Below, piece after piece: positions 26,677-42,067 of a stretch of DNA of 64,000 nt. Source of the stretch: Eledone cirrhosa (Eukaryota). The position numbers were made by a program, and so were the translations under genes. The stretch's first letter is position 1, and each line of letters opens with the position of its first letter. Location of the stretch: assembly GCA_964016885.1 (NCBI GenBank), contig OZ024763.1, forward strand, positions 6,386,001-6,450,000. Reading direction: 5' to 3'. Under the pieces are notes generated by a model. The model was not told where the DNA came from and made no database searches. It saw only the letters and a program-made list of their open reading frames with translations.

Positions 26677-27409
26677 GTGTGTGTACACCCACACACTGTA
26701 CACATGATTTGAAAAAGCACCATGCGACTTATCTAGTGGACCTAGAAGACTTCAATCAAAAACATATGGTGTAGAAACAATTATATACACTACAGATGAT
26801 GTATGTGACCTATACACATCTATATACAAACATACATACATACATATACATTCATTGTGACCTATACACCAACAACAGGCACACATTTGTATATAGATAA
26901 GTGTGTGTGTGTGTATATTTACACATACACATATATAGATACAAACATACAAACACATTCATATATATATATATATATGACATGCTATTAATAATCTCAC
27001 CTACATTCAACAACCTCACCTCCTCTTAACAGCTAATAAACTACGTAATATGTTACTAAACTAACCAAGGAATGTTATCTTTGATTTTATATATATATAT
27101 TATACACAAACAGATTAACATTATATCTATAAAAATTGAAAAAAAAAAACCCCAAAAAAACAAGAAAAGTAATATAAAAAAAGATATACATATGTATATA
27201 GATATGCACATACATATATATGTATACATACATTATGAGTGTGCACATACATATATATATATATTTATGTATATGTGTATACATACATATGTTACTAATT
27301 CAAATCAAGACCATTGTTCAACTCAGAGCTCCATACTTTAAAGAAACTAGAATGTATATATCACTCAACACACGCCAGTCCAGCGAAACTATTAATATAT
27401 ATATACACA

Positions 27410-27737
27410 GAGAACCCGACCTCCCATGGGTACAAGCTGAAGCATATAGACAATATGCCCCCCCCCCCCCCCACCGCAAGGTGGTCGTGGGGGTGCCACG
27501 GCAAAAAAAAAACCCAGCCCACACTGTAAAGTGGACGTGTAGGCGCCACGAAAAAGCACCCAGCACTCACTGTAAATGAGGTTGGTGTTAGGAAGGGCAT
27601 CCAGCTGTAGAAATCAAGCCAGAATCAGTTCCTGTATGAGCAAGGCATGGTCAGCTGACCAGACACTGCCCACAACAGGACAACTCGTCTAACCCATGCT
27701 AGCGTGGAAGAACGGACGTAAGACGGTGATAATGATG

Positions 27738-27740
<3 letters not shown>
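27410..27740 (+). mobile_element. RTE-tailed SINE-like repeat
   Basis: ttggtgttaggaagggcatcc...aacccatgctagc..ggaa..ggacgt..(gat)n; many copies (36735, 45385, 54600, 55285, 61895, 63540). Confidence 0.8.
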
Positions 27741-27782
<42 letters not shown>

Positions 27783-28129
27783 TGCATCTGTTCATATAAG
27801 GTGGGTGGGGAAATGGAAAAACGGACGAAATACAGCACAGTCCCCTCTCATTAGTTGAACACTGGAGATTATGTTGTTTCAGGGCTTTAAGGTCGATACA
27901 ACTGGCCCCAGTGCACATGAAGACACGAAGGCTGGTATGAATGAAAATTTATCTAACCTGGAGTATCTCTGGTAGGAAAACCCACCACATATAAAAACAT
28001 ATTGACCATCATAGAAAACAGATATAATGCCACCATCAACACCATTTTTTTATAAGCACTTTTCCATGCTGGCATCGGTTGGACAGAATATTTTGGGTCA
28101 ATTCTTTACAGCCAGATGCCCTTCTTTTT

Positions 28130-28570
28130 AGTCACTTCTTACAACACAAGAGGTATTTTAAATTGGATACACATGATAGCTGACTGAAGAATCCCAGTGG
28201 AGGGAAGCTGCAGTAGAGGAAGACCAAAGGAAGATCTAGATGGGAGTAAGCAGTGAGAGCTGATATCAGATAGCTGAGTTTCATGAAGGAGATGACAAAG
28301 GAATAAGACGAAAGATGCTGTATTGAGAAGGACCCATCCAACACATGTAAGCGTGGAATGATGGACGTAAAATGATATGTGTATTAATATTGGGAGACCA
28401 AGGAAGACCTGGATGGAAGTGGTGAAAGCTGATCTCAGATTGCTACAGATTGTCACGGAGGAGATGACAAAGGAACACATGTGGAGAGATGCTGTACTGA
28501 AAAGGACCTGTCCAAAACATGCAAGTGTGGAACAATGGACATAAACTGATGACGATGATGAAGATATACC
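28130..28570 (+). mobile_element. Two RTE LINE 3' fragments
   Basis: gRPRKTW.EVV.ADL-type remnants with (gat)n tails. Confidence 0.75.
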
Positions 28571-30207
28571 TGAACAACGGGACATAAAATGACAATGGTG
28601 ATGATGATGATGATGATGATGATATACTTGACCAATGCTTCAAAAACACACCTCAATATGAATGAAAATATATCAAAACCTTGATTATGGTCTGCAGTGA
28701 AATCAATCAACTAAATATATTATAGTCCAGCTGTGTTTTTTTTATACTTTGAATCCACTTGACTGCTCAGAAAGCTCACACAAGATAGACAGAAATAGCC
28801 ATCTTGAAACTGCTTTATCTGATAAAAACATTCAGCCACTCTTTATTATTTAAAATAAACCTACTCATACATAAATAGTTGGTAACATTCCCACTGGTGA
28901 AGTGGAGTGATTCATGTGGAGTGAATGTGGTATTTAGTTTAATGTGATGAAACATATTCATCATCATCATCATTTTAATGTCCGCTTTCCCTGCTAGCAA
29001 GGGTTGGACAATTGTAAGGAAAGAGAAAAAAAAAATAAACAGAAAGGAAGCACGCTTAACTTCTGTTGGAGTTGTAGGGGCGCCGTTTTGAAAACACATG
29101 ACGTGCTTTGGCCATTTTAAATCTGACAGAGTCAATTCCTTTCCAGGTCTGAAAAACCATTGATTTCCTCCTCTTTATCTGTGTGTATGTGAGAGAGAGA
29201 GAGAGAGAGTGAGAGTAATATCGAGGAAAAATTGACCCAAGTATTGGACTGGTATTTTATTAGACTGTTGTGGATTTGGGACTCAGAGCACCGTAAACTG
29301 GAACAAGTACCAGGCCTATCATGTTACATCTCTCATTTATGTAAGTTTAGCTGACCTCTTACAAGATTGTATTGTAATTATTGGGGCCATAATCTAAACT
29401 ATAATAAAGTAAGGAGTGCGGGACTGCGTACGGTTTATAATTTTTTATCCCATTAGTAAAATAAGTTGGATTACTTTGAATAAAGAATGAATGAATATTA
29501 CATAATTTATCTACTAAATTTCGTGGCTGTTGATTAAATATATTTTATTGTTTATTTAAAGATTCACTTCTTTAAAATTTTCAAATGTCAACACTTCCGG
29601 GTATCGATTGTTTAAATAAACACTCATATATTTCCGTCATTAATTTTCTCCCAATGCAGTTTATATATAATAGTCTTTTTTTAATGTATCATGGATTACG
29701 TTACTGATTACATAAGACAGTGTAACGCAGTCTTTGTTCAATTTCTATGGATATTGTCAATTACGATTTTATTTGACATATATCTACATGTATATATACC
29801 TGCGTATAATATCAATATACACACTACCGATGGGTGGTTTTCTGCTAGTAATATAAAATAAAGCTAATTGCTTCCTAATTGCATGTCCTAGTCCAACTAA
29901 CCAATCAACAGCTTTATGATTTTGAGTTCAACAACCTAACCACAGGCCACATGTCTTCCCACTCACTGATTTCTATATAATCATCATTCTACATCCGTTT
30001 TTAATGCTGACATGGGTTGGACAGGTCATCATGGCCTGAGATGAGATGGATAAAAAAAACCCCACAGGAACACACAATGTATTGTCATAGAATCTGAAAT
30101 AAATTACAAATCTACTTAACATACACACATGTGTATACATGTGTATCTATAATATATATACACACTAACATTGACTCAAATTATAAATCTACTTTGTGTG
30201 TGTGTAT

Positions 30208-30290
<83 letters not shown>

Positions 30291-33200
30291 AACCCCGGAA
30301 GTATTATTACTGGAACTGTATCACCCCCCCCCCCTCTCTAGTGTAATACAAGTATTAATGAATGACTATTACTACTACCCCACCACTACCATCACTAATG
30401 CTACTACCACCACCAATACAACCACTACTACCTCCAACACTGCAAATACCACCACCACCACCACCACTAATACTACCAGTAACAGATACACTCCATATTT
30501 TCAATGAATGTCCCATTCAACAATTTTTTTTACAAACATTTATTTACATATTAAAAAAAGCCACCTATTTATGTCTTTTCCTGGTTACATGAGAAGGTAT
30601 TTACCGAGATAGCGCGCAATGGGACGGAACCTGAAACCACACAGCCACACCTGAACCCTCCCCCTCACTCTTTACAAACATATTCACGCTCTCATGCACA
30701 CAGACACACACTTGCCCACATAAATACACATTTTCTTTTGCTCTCACTCTTGTCCACACACACACATTTCCTCATGTTATCACATATACATACACACACA
30801 CATATTTCCTCATGTTATCACATATACACACTCACACACATATACATTTCCTCATGTTATCATATATACACACTCACACACATATTTTGCCCACACTCAT
30901 ATTCCCTCTTGCTTACACATACACACATTCCCACTTGCTTACATACTCTTTCACTCACACATACACACTCCCTCTCTAACACACACACACAATATCACTG
31001 ATAAGTAAGCTTACTAATCAACCAATATACTTATATTTAATTATCTTAACTGACTGCTGAGAAATACATTTACCAAATTTCAGGATTAAATTAACGAGGA
31101 AGCACTTCAGACAAACATTTTGAAATTAATTTTAAAAACTAACAAACTTCTATTTTTAACCATATTATTATCATTATTACGCTCTGAGTTCAAATCTTGC
31201 CAAAGTTAACTTTGCCTTTCATCCTTATGGGGTTGATAAAATAAGCACTGGGTCCGATTATATATGTATATATATATATACACACACACACACACATATA
31301 TATACATATACAGACATATATATAAATAAATATATATATATATGTATGTATGTAAAAGCTAAACAAAGCAAACAACACGGTGCATTAAAGAAATATATTA
31401 GTTTAACGCTTGAAATAGCAGGAAAAGAGTCATATATATAAAATATGTTAGATCTTATATCTTTCTCAAGGTTCTTCAAAATTAATAGGTTGATGTTTAA
31501 ACTGGCAAACCAAAGCCAATTTTCTCTCTGACATCATTGATTCCAGCAGGCAAATCTACTGCAGCCTTCTACTGAAAAATTGATCTTATTTTCAGACAAT
31601 TAAAACCAAACTACAATAAGCATTGATTTAATTTTGTCCTCATTCTCCGCCTCTTCTTACTCCATCCCCCTTCCTCTTGTTCTTCGGAAAAATCTATTGG
31701 AATTTCAGTGTGTAATATCTTCAGTATAGTGTTGTTCCTTTCCTTCGCTGTGTGTGTGTGTGTAGAGGTTAGTTCAAATGGATGCCGTTTATGAATAAAC
31801 GGCATTGCCTTTATGTTGGCATGGGTTGGACAGGATTTCTGAGGCAATGTTTTACAACTAGATACCCTTCCAGACATGCAGAGACAAGGGGCACCGATCC
31901 TAAACCATACACACAGTATATATCATCATCATTTTTACACTGACTTTACTATCCTGGCATGGGTTGGACAAGAGATTTTGAAGCAATGCTTTACAGCCAG
32001 ATGTTCTTCCTGACACCAACCCCTATAGTCCTTTCTTACAGCATACAGAGACAAGGGGTACCCATTCTAAACCAGATACACACATCTATATATCAATGTC
32101 ATTATGTTGACTTTTCTATGCTGGCATGGGTTGAACAGGACTTTTTGAGGCAATGTCTTTTTCCTGAACACCAACCTTTTTAATATCTTCTTATGGTACC
32201 CAGAGACATGGTACCCATTATAAACTAGATACACTTGATTAAAAATATCTGTTACAGTTAATAATAAATACAGGTGAAATAGATGTATTTAACTCCTTTA
32301 CCATATTTATAATGGAAGACACAGCCTATGATTTCAAATGATTTGAGAAATAAAGCATTTCAAGGGATTTAACCATTTAGCATTTACATTACTCTATATA
32401 TACTATTGTATTTTCACAGTAAACACTTTATTTCACATAAAAATTCTTACGTAATATTATGATGGGAATGTTTTTAAAGGTAAAATTAAATGCTTTAATC
32501 CTTTTGTTACCATAGTTATAACGAAATATTTTGAAAATAATGAAGAAATGATAAACATTTCTCATTAAGTTGGTGTTTGGAACAACATAACAAAGGTTCT
32601 TACATAAAATTATAATAAAGGATATTTTAAGGTTTTCTACTGTAGAAATAGAGACAGTTTCAGGGAGTTTTGTGTCGTAGAAACAAGGACAGTTTTGTAT
32701 CAAAAGAGTTGTTCTTCACCAACAATTTTGGGGAGAAGGGAAAGTCGATTAAATCGACTCCAGTACATTACTGAAGATGAAAGGCAAAACTAACCTTGAC
32801 AGGATTTGAACTCAGAATGTAAAGGGCCATAACTAAACACCGTAAAACATTTTGTCCAACTCTCTACCAATTCTGGTAATCCACCGCCCTTAATAATAAT
32901 TGTTTCTATTTTTGGCACAAGGCCAGCAATTACCCCAGTTTATTTATTTTATCGGCCCCGTAAGGATGAAAGGTAAAGTTAACCTCAGCAAGATTTGAAT
33001 TCAGATCATAAAGGGCCGTAACTCTATGCTACAAAGCATGGCATCCGACCCTTTACCAATACTGCCATAATACAATATGTAAAGGACAACAATGGCAATT
33101 GATTAGTTATTGAACCTAGGGACAGCAACATAAACACTTGGTCTAAACTGTTCTCAAAGTTCAATACAAAAGCACCACCCATTTTGATTGATTTTAGTTC

Positions 33201-33452
33201 AAAATAGATCAATAACTTTTGTTCTAGAATGGGGAGGAGGAAGAGGAGGAGCAACACAGAAATTCTTGTCCTGTCAATAATATACCAAACTGTCTTATTT
33301 TGTCCTATTCATTCATTTACTCTACTACTGGTCTCAGCCCCTGGGCTGTGGCCATGCTGGAGCACAACCTTCAAGAGATAGTTGATCATATCGACTCAAA
33401 TTTGTCGAACTACTAGGGTACAGGATATAAACCTCAATATATATATATATAT

Positions 33453-33566
33453 ATATAGATGAGATTCTACAGGACTAGAACTGTTTCATTCATTAGAAAT
33501 CATCAGGAATCTCTGATGATTTCTAATGAATGAAACAGTTCTAGTCCTGTAGAATCTCATCTATAT
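33453..33566. repeat. Perfect 54-bp inverted repeat with 6-nt loop
   Basis: 33453-33506 is the exact reverse complement of 33513-33566. Confidence 0.95.
33461..33513 (-). ncRNA. Type I hammerhead motif inside the hairpin
   Basis: gagattc-CTGATGA-tttctaatgaat-GAAA-cag-ttctagtc-ctg-TA-gaatctc. Confidence 0.65.
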
Positions 33567-33639
33567 TAAAACTTTTATACTCTGCTATGTATTGAGTACC
33601 TTACTTACTGTGGTTACCTCTGATTCAACCCGGAATAAC

Positions 33640-33692
<53 letters not shown>

Positions 33693-33838
33693 ATTATATA
33701 TTGTCCAATGCATGCAAGCATGGAAAAGCGGACGTAAAAACAATGATGATGATATAAACATACACACATGTATATATAATTACACACACACATGCATAAT
33801 TATATTTATCTACCTATCTCTATCTATCTATATATATT

Positions 33839-33877
<39 letters not shown>

Positions 33878-34419
33878 ATATATTTATATACACACACACA
33901 TACATACAAACATACACTCTAAAGACTGTTTTGATAAGCGGGTAATTTTGGCAAAACTTCAAAGTAAACAGTTTCTATTAATAAGAAATTATGTTTATAT
34001 ATATGTATATATATATGTATATATATGTGTATATATATATATATATATATAATCATTTAATATATATTTTCCATGCTTACATGGTTCAGACAAGCATTTG
34101 CACTATGAGGCCAGACTGGTCAGGTGACCATGTCTGAATTATAATCATTTTGGCCTGATTTCTTTATGGCTGGATGCCCTTCTTATGCGAAACACCTTAC
34201 AGGGATGGACTGGGCGCTTTTTTGTCAGGGAATGGGGAACTTTGTTGAATAAACCCTTTAGATACTACATCTACCAGAAACAGATTTGGTATACAAAGCT
34301 GTTTGTTTTAAAATGCTTCTTCACCCACTTATTCTTGAGATGGTCAGACTCCCCAAACACTCCATTAAGGTCCTGTCAACCATTGCTAATTTATTCAGCT
34401 AGATCCCTGAGCAAGACCA

Positions 34420-35080
34420 GCTAAGCTCATGCATGTTATCCAACAATCTTTGCTTGGGGTGGGTCTACCCCTAGGTCTCCTGCCGGTTGATTTTGCCAGT
34501 AAAATCTGTCCAGTGATTCTTTCCGGAGACATTCTAACCACATATCTGTAATATCAGAGCTGTGATCTCTCAAATCTATCCAGTGATTCTTTTCCCCCCC
34601 CCGAGACATTCTAGTTTTTAACCCTTTAATGTTCAAACTGGCCAAAACCGGCCAGAATTCTCTACCTCTTTCTGTTGAAACTGGTTGTAACTGATGTTAC
34701 GGTATTGTTCTGAAAATAAATACTTTCAAAATCTCATAGATTCAATGTTATGTGAGATATTATGTGAGGTAAAGCCTTTACCATGACAATACAATAGTAT
34801 ATATAGAGTAATATGAATGCTAAAGTGTTAAAGAGTATATATATCTAAATTCTATGCCGGAATCTTTCTCTTTGATAACCCTGGAGTTAACGATACAAAA
34901 ACATCTTCTTCTTCTTTGCCCAGTTATTCCTGAGAGGGTCGTGGTGACAGAGTCCTCAAACACTCCTTCCAGTAAGTCTTGTCAGAGGCAACTATCTCCA
35001 AGTGATCTGGCTGGACCCCCATGAAAGACCGGCAAAGCTCATAGATGTTATCCAATCATCTTGCTCTGGGTCTCCTGTCG
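34420..35080 (-). mobile_element. RTE LINE fragments with a family B MITE (34618-34831) between them
   Basis: ERSQL..RMS..RITGQILLAKPTGRRPRGRP-like and RPRAR.LDNI...W...L remnants; (GAA)n tail at ~34905. Confidence 0.7.
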
Positions 35081-35949
35081 GGATTGTGTATCCCGCGATC
35101 CCAAAGAGGGTCTGGAAAGTAGCAAACCTTGACAAAAACACATCTAATACAAAATATCCATATTTTTATAAATACAAACTTTCCATCAATCAATGTCATG
35201 CCAGGGACAGTAAGTTCACCCAACCCACTGGACTGACGCACGTACAAACACACACACAAAAGAAAACATCTATATTGATGTAAAGTTTTAAGTACAATTC
35301 TAGAAGATATTTAATGATAGTAGTAGTAGTAGTAGTAGCAGTGCTGATGGTAGCAGTAGTAGTAGTGTCTATTTCTAGTACAATTAACTCAATGTGGAGT
35401 ATCAGTACTAATTAATTACTCGGTAATGATACAATCTATTTTATCTTGATTCCAAATATATAACAAATAGATTGTAAAAAAACAGTTTATACTGTATAAC
35501 GGAGTTAAATTATACACACACACACATATATATATATATACTAATAATAAAAAGGACGATTTGCTAAGTCTTCATTATGTTTATTGAGTAGTGACCTGCG
35601 TTTTGTGATTGATCAGCTTAAGGTTTGATCTATATCCATTGATCCTGAATCTGGAATCAAAAGCTTGTCGGACTTCTGTTATGGTAACGACAGAGTGAAC
35701 CTCTTAGGGCTTTTCCTATTTATTATTAGTACAGATAAATAAACATTTGCTCTATGGGTTTATATATATGTAAAATGATGATGATGATGATGATGAATCC
35801 TTATCGAGCCCTCTTCGGATTTTGGTCTTTGTATTTTTTATTACTATGTATGCATGCGTGTGTAGGTTATTGAGTAATTTTGTCGATTACCAGAGGTGGT
35901 ATATGGCGCCACATGCACTATGCCATAGTAGAATGTATATATTATGTAT

Positions 35950-36206
35950 GCTCAAAAGTGACACAGAGGAGACTGAGGTTGTTAGCTGGACAGGCTCACT
36001 GACATCCAGAGTTGACATTGTACTCAGTGCTCCTTTGGGAGCCCCTACATGGACACATTAGAAGAGGAAGACCAAGGTTAACGTATGTTGATGCCCTAAG
36101 GACAGACACTGGTCTGTTGGAGACGCAGGACATGGCAGCGATAATGAGGGACAGAGACCGCTGGAGAGAACTCGTCCATGGATCTCGGGAATTTTACCCG
36201 CCTTAG
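35950..36206 (+). mobile_element. RTE-clade LINE 3' end
   Basis: VLLWEPLHGHIRRGRPRLTYVDALRTDTGL...MRDRDRWRELV; copies at 50980-51258 (+) and 56845-57130 (-). Confidence 0.85.
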
Positions 36207-36233
36207 AATAGAGATTAGGTAGTTTCACTTTAA

Positions 36234-36288
<55 letters not shown>

Positions 36289-36392
36289 CAATACTGGCAA
36301 CACAATCATCCCCCAAATGTAACAAGATATAAATATATATATCCATATGTAGTTGACAGCTGAGAGAAATGAGTACTCAATACATAAGTAGC

Positions 36393-36444
36393 GTCTTGTC
36401 TGATGACCCCGTAATAAACAGACAAAACTCCAGAGTAACAAGAC
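36393..36444 (+). ncRNA. Hammerhead-like motif, GAAA mutated to AAAA
   Basis: gtcttgt-CTGATGA-...-AAAA-ctccagag-TA-acaagac; 7-bp stem I. Confidence 0.5.
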
Positions 36445-37994
36445 TCACTATTTAGCCCAAATAAAATGAATATATTTATATATAGGACTTGTCTCTCTCT
36501 CTCTCTCTCTCTCTCTCACATATATCAGGATTAAACCAGCCTTTAACTAGTTAGACCATTATTCAACAGACTACTCGATACTTAGGATAGTAAAGTGAGA
36601 CTATAAATTGAGACTATATTAGAAATAGTTGGGGTTTGACGGAGGAACCTAATTTCAGACTCTGGAATTAGCTGTCAAAATAGCAAGAGCTCAGTTGGCA
36701 GGCTCCAACTAATATATATATATATATATGCAGAAGACCCGAATTCCCACAAGTACAGATCATAACCAAAGCTTATATATAGCATGCACCACCCCATCCA
36801 CTTCTATATAGCCCCCACGAGATCCAGCTGAAGTATACATCCAGTGAAGCCTCCAGCCCACACTGCAAACGAGGTTGACGCTAGGAAGGGCATCCAGCTG
36901 TAGAAACCCACCCCAAAATCAGTTCTGTATGAGCAAGACATGGTCACCTGACCTGGCATTGCCCACAACAGGAAAACTCATCTATTCCATGGCAACATGG
37001 AAAAGTGGACGTTAAACGGTGACACAAAATGGGTTTTCATACTGATATTTAAAGAAACTGGAACAGCACTAGTCCTGTAGAAGTGTCATTTCTATTTGAC
37101 ACAGAAATACAGGCATGGAAGAGCAGGGTGTGTGTGTGTGTGTGTGTTATAAGGCCACCAGAAACCCAAGAGATAGGTAGAGAGGGAGGTCACCAGCAGG
37201 AAGTGGGGGTAATTTTAAGGATAAACTATATCAATTAAATACTCCATTCTCCCCCCCCCCCTATGACGATGCCACTTCATATACACACTACTTCAGTTCA
37301 CATTACACTACACTAATACACACACACACACACACTATATACAACTATTACATACACCACAGCAAAAAGTAGCACATACACACATGCATGACATACAACC
37401 ACACCACAATCAGTAGCACACACACACATATACACCATACAACTATTACACACACCAAAGCAATAAGTAGCACACACACACCATACAACCACCACCATAC
37501 ATGATAGCAATAAGTATACACCGCACGGACCACACCAATAACACAAATATACATGCACCACACCCTACACCCCAGTTTAAAGTATGTAAAGATGTCAATG
37601 ACACCACACTGGTTTTACTACGACATACAGACTATTGTGCTTAGGACATATACTAAGATATGTAGTGAGGTGTGTACGTGTAATGATCTTACATCTCAAT
37701 CACGTTACGCATGCACATTATATATATATGCATACACATATACACACACACACACACATAAATATATGTACATTTCTTACCCACATAGAGATAAATATAT
37801 ATCGTTAACAACAAAACAATATTACATTACATAAAAGAGACACTGACACAACAACAACAACAACAATCACAGCTCGAGAGAGAGAGAGAGAGAGAGAGAG
37901 ATAGATGAGTGTCTTAAGAAAAAGAAAACACTCACCTTAAACCCACCACCACCACCTTCACCACCATCACACATCTATCTCGTGATGAGATATA

Positions 37995-38500
37995 AGACAG
38001 AGCCTACTAACGGGGGGGGGGGGCGTGGATGTGGGGAGAGAGGGGGGTTTAGACACACACAACATAGATATAACTACCGTCACCATACCACCCTAACCCA
38101 CTGAGGGTGATGGTGGTGGTGGTGACGTCCCCCCCCACCACACCACAGAGCCTACTGAGGGTGGTGATGGTGGGGTGGGGGGTTTAGACACGCAACATAG
38201 GTACAATAACACCCCTCACCACATCACCCTACCCCCACAGAACCTACTGTGGGTGGTGGTGGTGGTGACGTGTGGCGGGTTTTTTTTAGACACACAACAT
38301 AGGTAAAACACCCCTCTCCACACCACCCTACCCCTAAAGAGTCTCCTGAGTTTTGTGTGTGTGTGTGGGGGGGGTTATGGTGTGTAGCAGAGGAGGATTT
38401 TTAGTCAACATAAATACAATAACATACCCCCACACCACCACCACATCCAAAGTCACCGAGCCTACTAAGGATTGTGGTGGCGGCGGCGTTAGACACACAC
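37995..38500 (+). repeat. Degenerate G/C-run tandem repeat
   Basis: Recurring ttagacac..aacatag...agagcctactgagggtg. Confidence 0.7.
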
Positions 38501-38689
38501 ACACACACAAGCAGAGTAATCCCCCCTCCCCGCCAAGCTACACAGCACACCACCCCCAAAGTCAGAAAGCCTAGTAACGTTGGGGGTGGGTGCTACACAC
38601 ACCATAGATAACCCCACCTAACCCCACCCCCACGGTTTTTAAAACATCTTTCGTAAAAGGTAGACGGAATGTAAACAATGAAATCCACA

Positions 38690-39915
38690 CACACACATAT
38701 GCCATACATACAGACACATATACACATATATATACCATACATACAGACACATATACATATATATATACCATACATACATATACATATATATATATCATAC
38801 ATACATATGCCATACATACATACACATATACATACCATACATACATATATATGCCATACATACATACACATATACATACCATACATACATATATATGCCA
38901 TACATACATACACATATACATACCATACATACATATATATGCCATACATACATACACATATACATACCATACATACATACACATATACATACCATACATA
39001 CATATATATGCCATACATACATACATATACCATACATACAGACACATATACACATATATATACCATACATACATATACATATATATATCATACATACATA
39101 TACATACCATACATACATATATATATGCCATACATACATACATACACATATACATATATATATACCATACATACATATACATATATATATCATACATACA
39201 TATACATACCATACATACATACACATATATATACCATACATATACATATATATACCATACATACATATATATATACCATACATACATATATATGCCATAC
39301 ATACAGACACATATATATACCATACATACATACATATATATACCATACATATATACATATACCATACATACATATACATATATATACCATACATACATAT
39401 ACATATATATATCATACATACATATATATATATGCCATACATACATATACATACCATACATACATATATATATACCATACATACATATATATATATACCA
39501 TACATACATACATATATATATATACCATACATACATACACATATATATACCATACATACATATATATACCATACATACATATATACACCATACATATACA
39601 TATACATATATACCATACATACATACATATATACCATATATACACCATACATATACATATACATATATACACCATACATACATATATATATATATACCAT
39701 ATATATATATATATATATACCATACATACATATATATATATATATACCATACATATACATATATATACCATACATATACATATATATACCATACATACAT
39801 ATATATATATATACCATATATATATATATATATACCATACATACATATATATATATATACCATACATACATATACACCATACACATACATATATATACCA
39901 TACATATACATACAT
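38690..39915 (+). repeat. Cryptic (ATAC/AT) satellite punctuated by CC
   Basis: Recurring ccatacatacatatatata; source of the 350-630 aa spurious ORFs. Confidence 0.95.
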
Positions 39916-40377
39916 ACCTAACAAGAAATACGAACGGAATATTGATTTCATTGTTATTCTGTCACTCATTCACCTCCTCTCCCCCTCTCTCTTTCATTCT
40001 TACCCTCTCCTCCTCTCTCTGCATCTATGCTTCTCCTCCCTCCCTCTCTACCCATCCTCTCCCACTACCTCTCTCCGCCAGTATTCTTCCTCCTCTCTCT
40101 CAGCCTATATCATTTACCCCCCCCCCACCTCTTGTCTTTTCGCCATCTCACACAGATTTTCTTCACCCCCCCCCCTCTATCAGCCTCTTGCCATTTCTCC
40201 CATCCCTCTCTATCAGCCTCTTGCAATTTCTCCATTTTTCTCCCTGCCTCCCTCCTTCTCAGCCACTCTCTCCCTCTCCAAGAGAAGAAATTACCAGAAC
40301 CCAACATAAACAAACACCAACAGAAGCAGCAGAGTTCAAACAAGAACAGTTAGGACGCCATTACAAACACACACACA

Positions 40378-40768
40378 ACCACCACCATCAACAACACTAC
40401 CACCACCACCATCAACAACACTTCCACCACCATTACCAACACTACCACCACCATCAACAACACTACCATTACCACCACCACCATCAACAACACTACCATT
40501 ACCACCACCACCACCACCACCACCACCATCAACAACACTACCACCACCATCAACAACACTACCATTACCACCACCACCATCAACAACACTACCATTACCA
40601 CCACCACCATCAACAACACTACCACCACCATCAACAACACTACCACCATTACCACCACCACCACCAACAACACTTACCACCACCACCATCAACAACACTA
40701 CCACCATTACCACCAACAACACTACCACCACCACCACCACCATCAACAACACTACCACCACCACCACC
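40378..40768 (+). repeat. CAC/CAA trinucleotide-based minisatellite
   Basis: Recurring caccaccatcaacaacactac. Confidence 0.9.
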
Positions 40769-41121
40769 GTCTTATGTTGTTATATTAAGTTAGTATAGTA
40801 GTAAAACAGGTGGACGATATACCAACTCCATATCTGGAGTACATCTGTACCGAGTACAGATCAACAAACGGGACATCTTACAACACAACCCTTGCATAAT
40901 AAAAATACTGATCACAACAACAAACAATAACAATTACCATTACCTAATGATATGTATATAACAGCTACAACAACAGAAATAATTATAATAGTAATGACTT
41001 CACGACAACTACAGACAAAAATACTAAATTCCAACTTGGCAAAGAGAGAGAGAGAGAGAGAGTGTGAAAGAGAGGTATGTGGGTATTTTTAAACACGACT
41101 GCCATTACACACACACACATA

Positions 41122-41160
<39 letters not shown>

Positions 41161-41183
41161 TATACATTATGTGAGGTATGCGC

Positions 41184-41224
<41 letters not shown>

Positions 41225-41467
41225 ATCAATGGAGCCAAGTTGTTACAGATAGATTCCTATCTTGAATATACACTAACAGACACACACACACACATATATA
41301 CCACACTAACAGACACACACACACACACACACATATATATACCACACTAACAGACACACACACACTCACACATATATACCACACTCAACGAAAGCCAAGT
41401 TGTAGATAGATCCATATCTTTCTTGAAGACACAAACAAAAATATATATACACACATAATAGATACAG

Positions 41468-41510
<43 letters not shown>

Positions 41511-42067
41511 CCACCCACATATATACCACACTGAATAACGAAAACCAAGCTGTAGATGTCTTATCTTAAATCTCTCCCTGGTGATATTCACTCATCTTTC
41601 ATTGATAACCATAACAACAATGGCGTCTGATTTAAGCACAGGACCAGCAATTTGAAGAATAGGGGGAAAGTCGATTAAATCGACCCCAATAATAATAATT
41701 CATTATTTTCACACACACACACACACACACGTATATATATATATATATGTGTGTGTGTGTTCAATTGGGGCTAACTACACACTAAGGTACTCAATACATA
41801 GAGTAAAAATAGTTAATATAGAAATGGCTTCTACAGGACTAGAACTGTTTCATTCGAAGGAAAGCACACACACAAACATATATTACACTGAAATACAACT
41901 GGTCCTACCATTGATAAATATGCCGGGTCCGTCAACTCCTTTATATATATATATGTAGGTATATACATTTCTGTTTTCCTTTTACATATATATACATATC
42001 TATATATATATATATATATATATATATCTATATATATATATATATATTTATTAAAATAACAGATTGA

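Noticed and set aside
29045-29148. Minus-strand exon PGKELTLSDLKWPKH...
   Set aside because: Acceptor present but no phase-compatible consensus donor
38571-40793. 350-632 aa ORFs, including a His/Gln-rich tract
   Set aside because: Open on both strands and in several frames because of simple repeats
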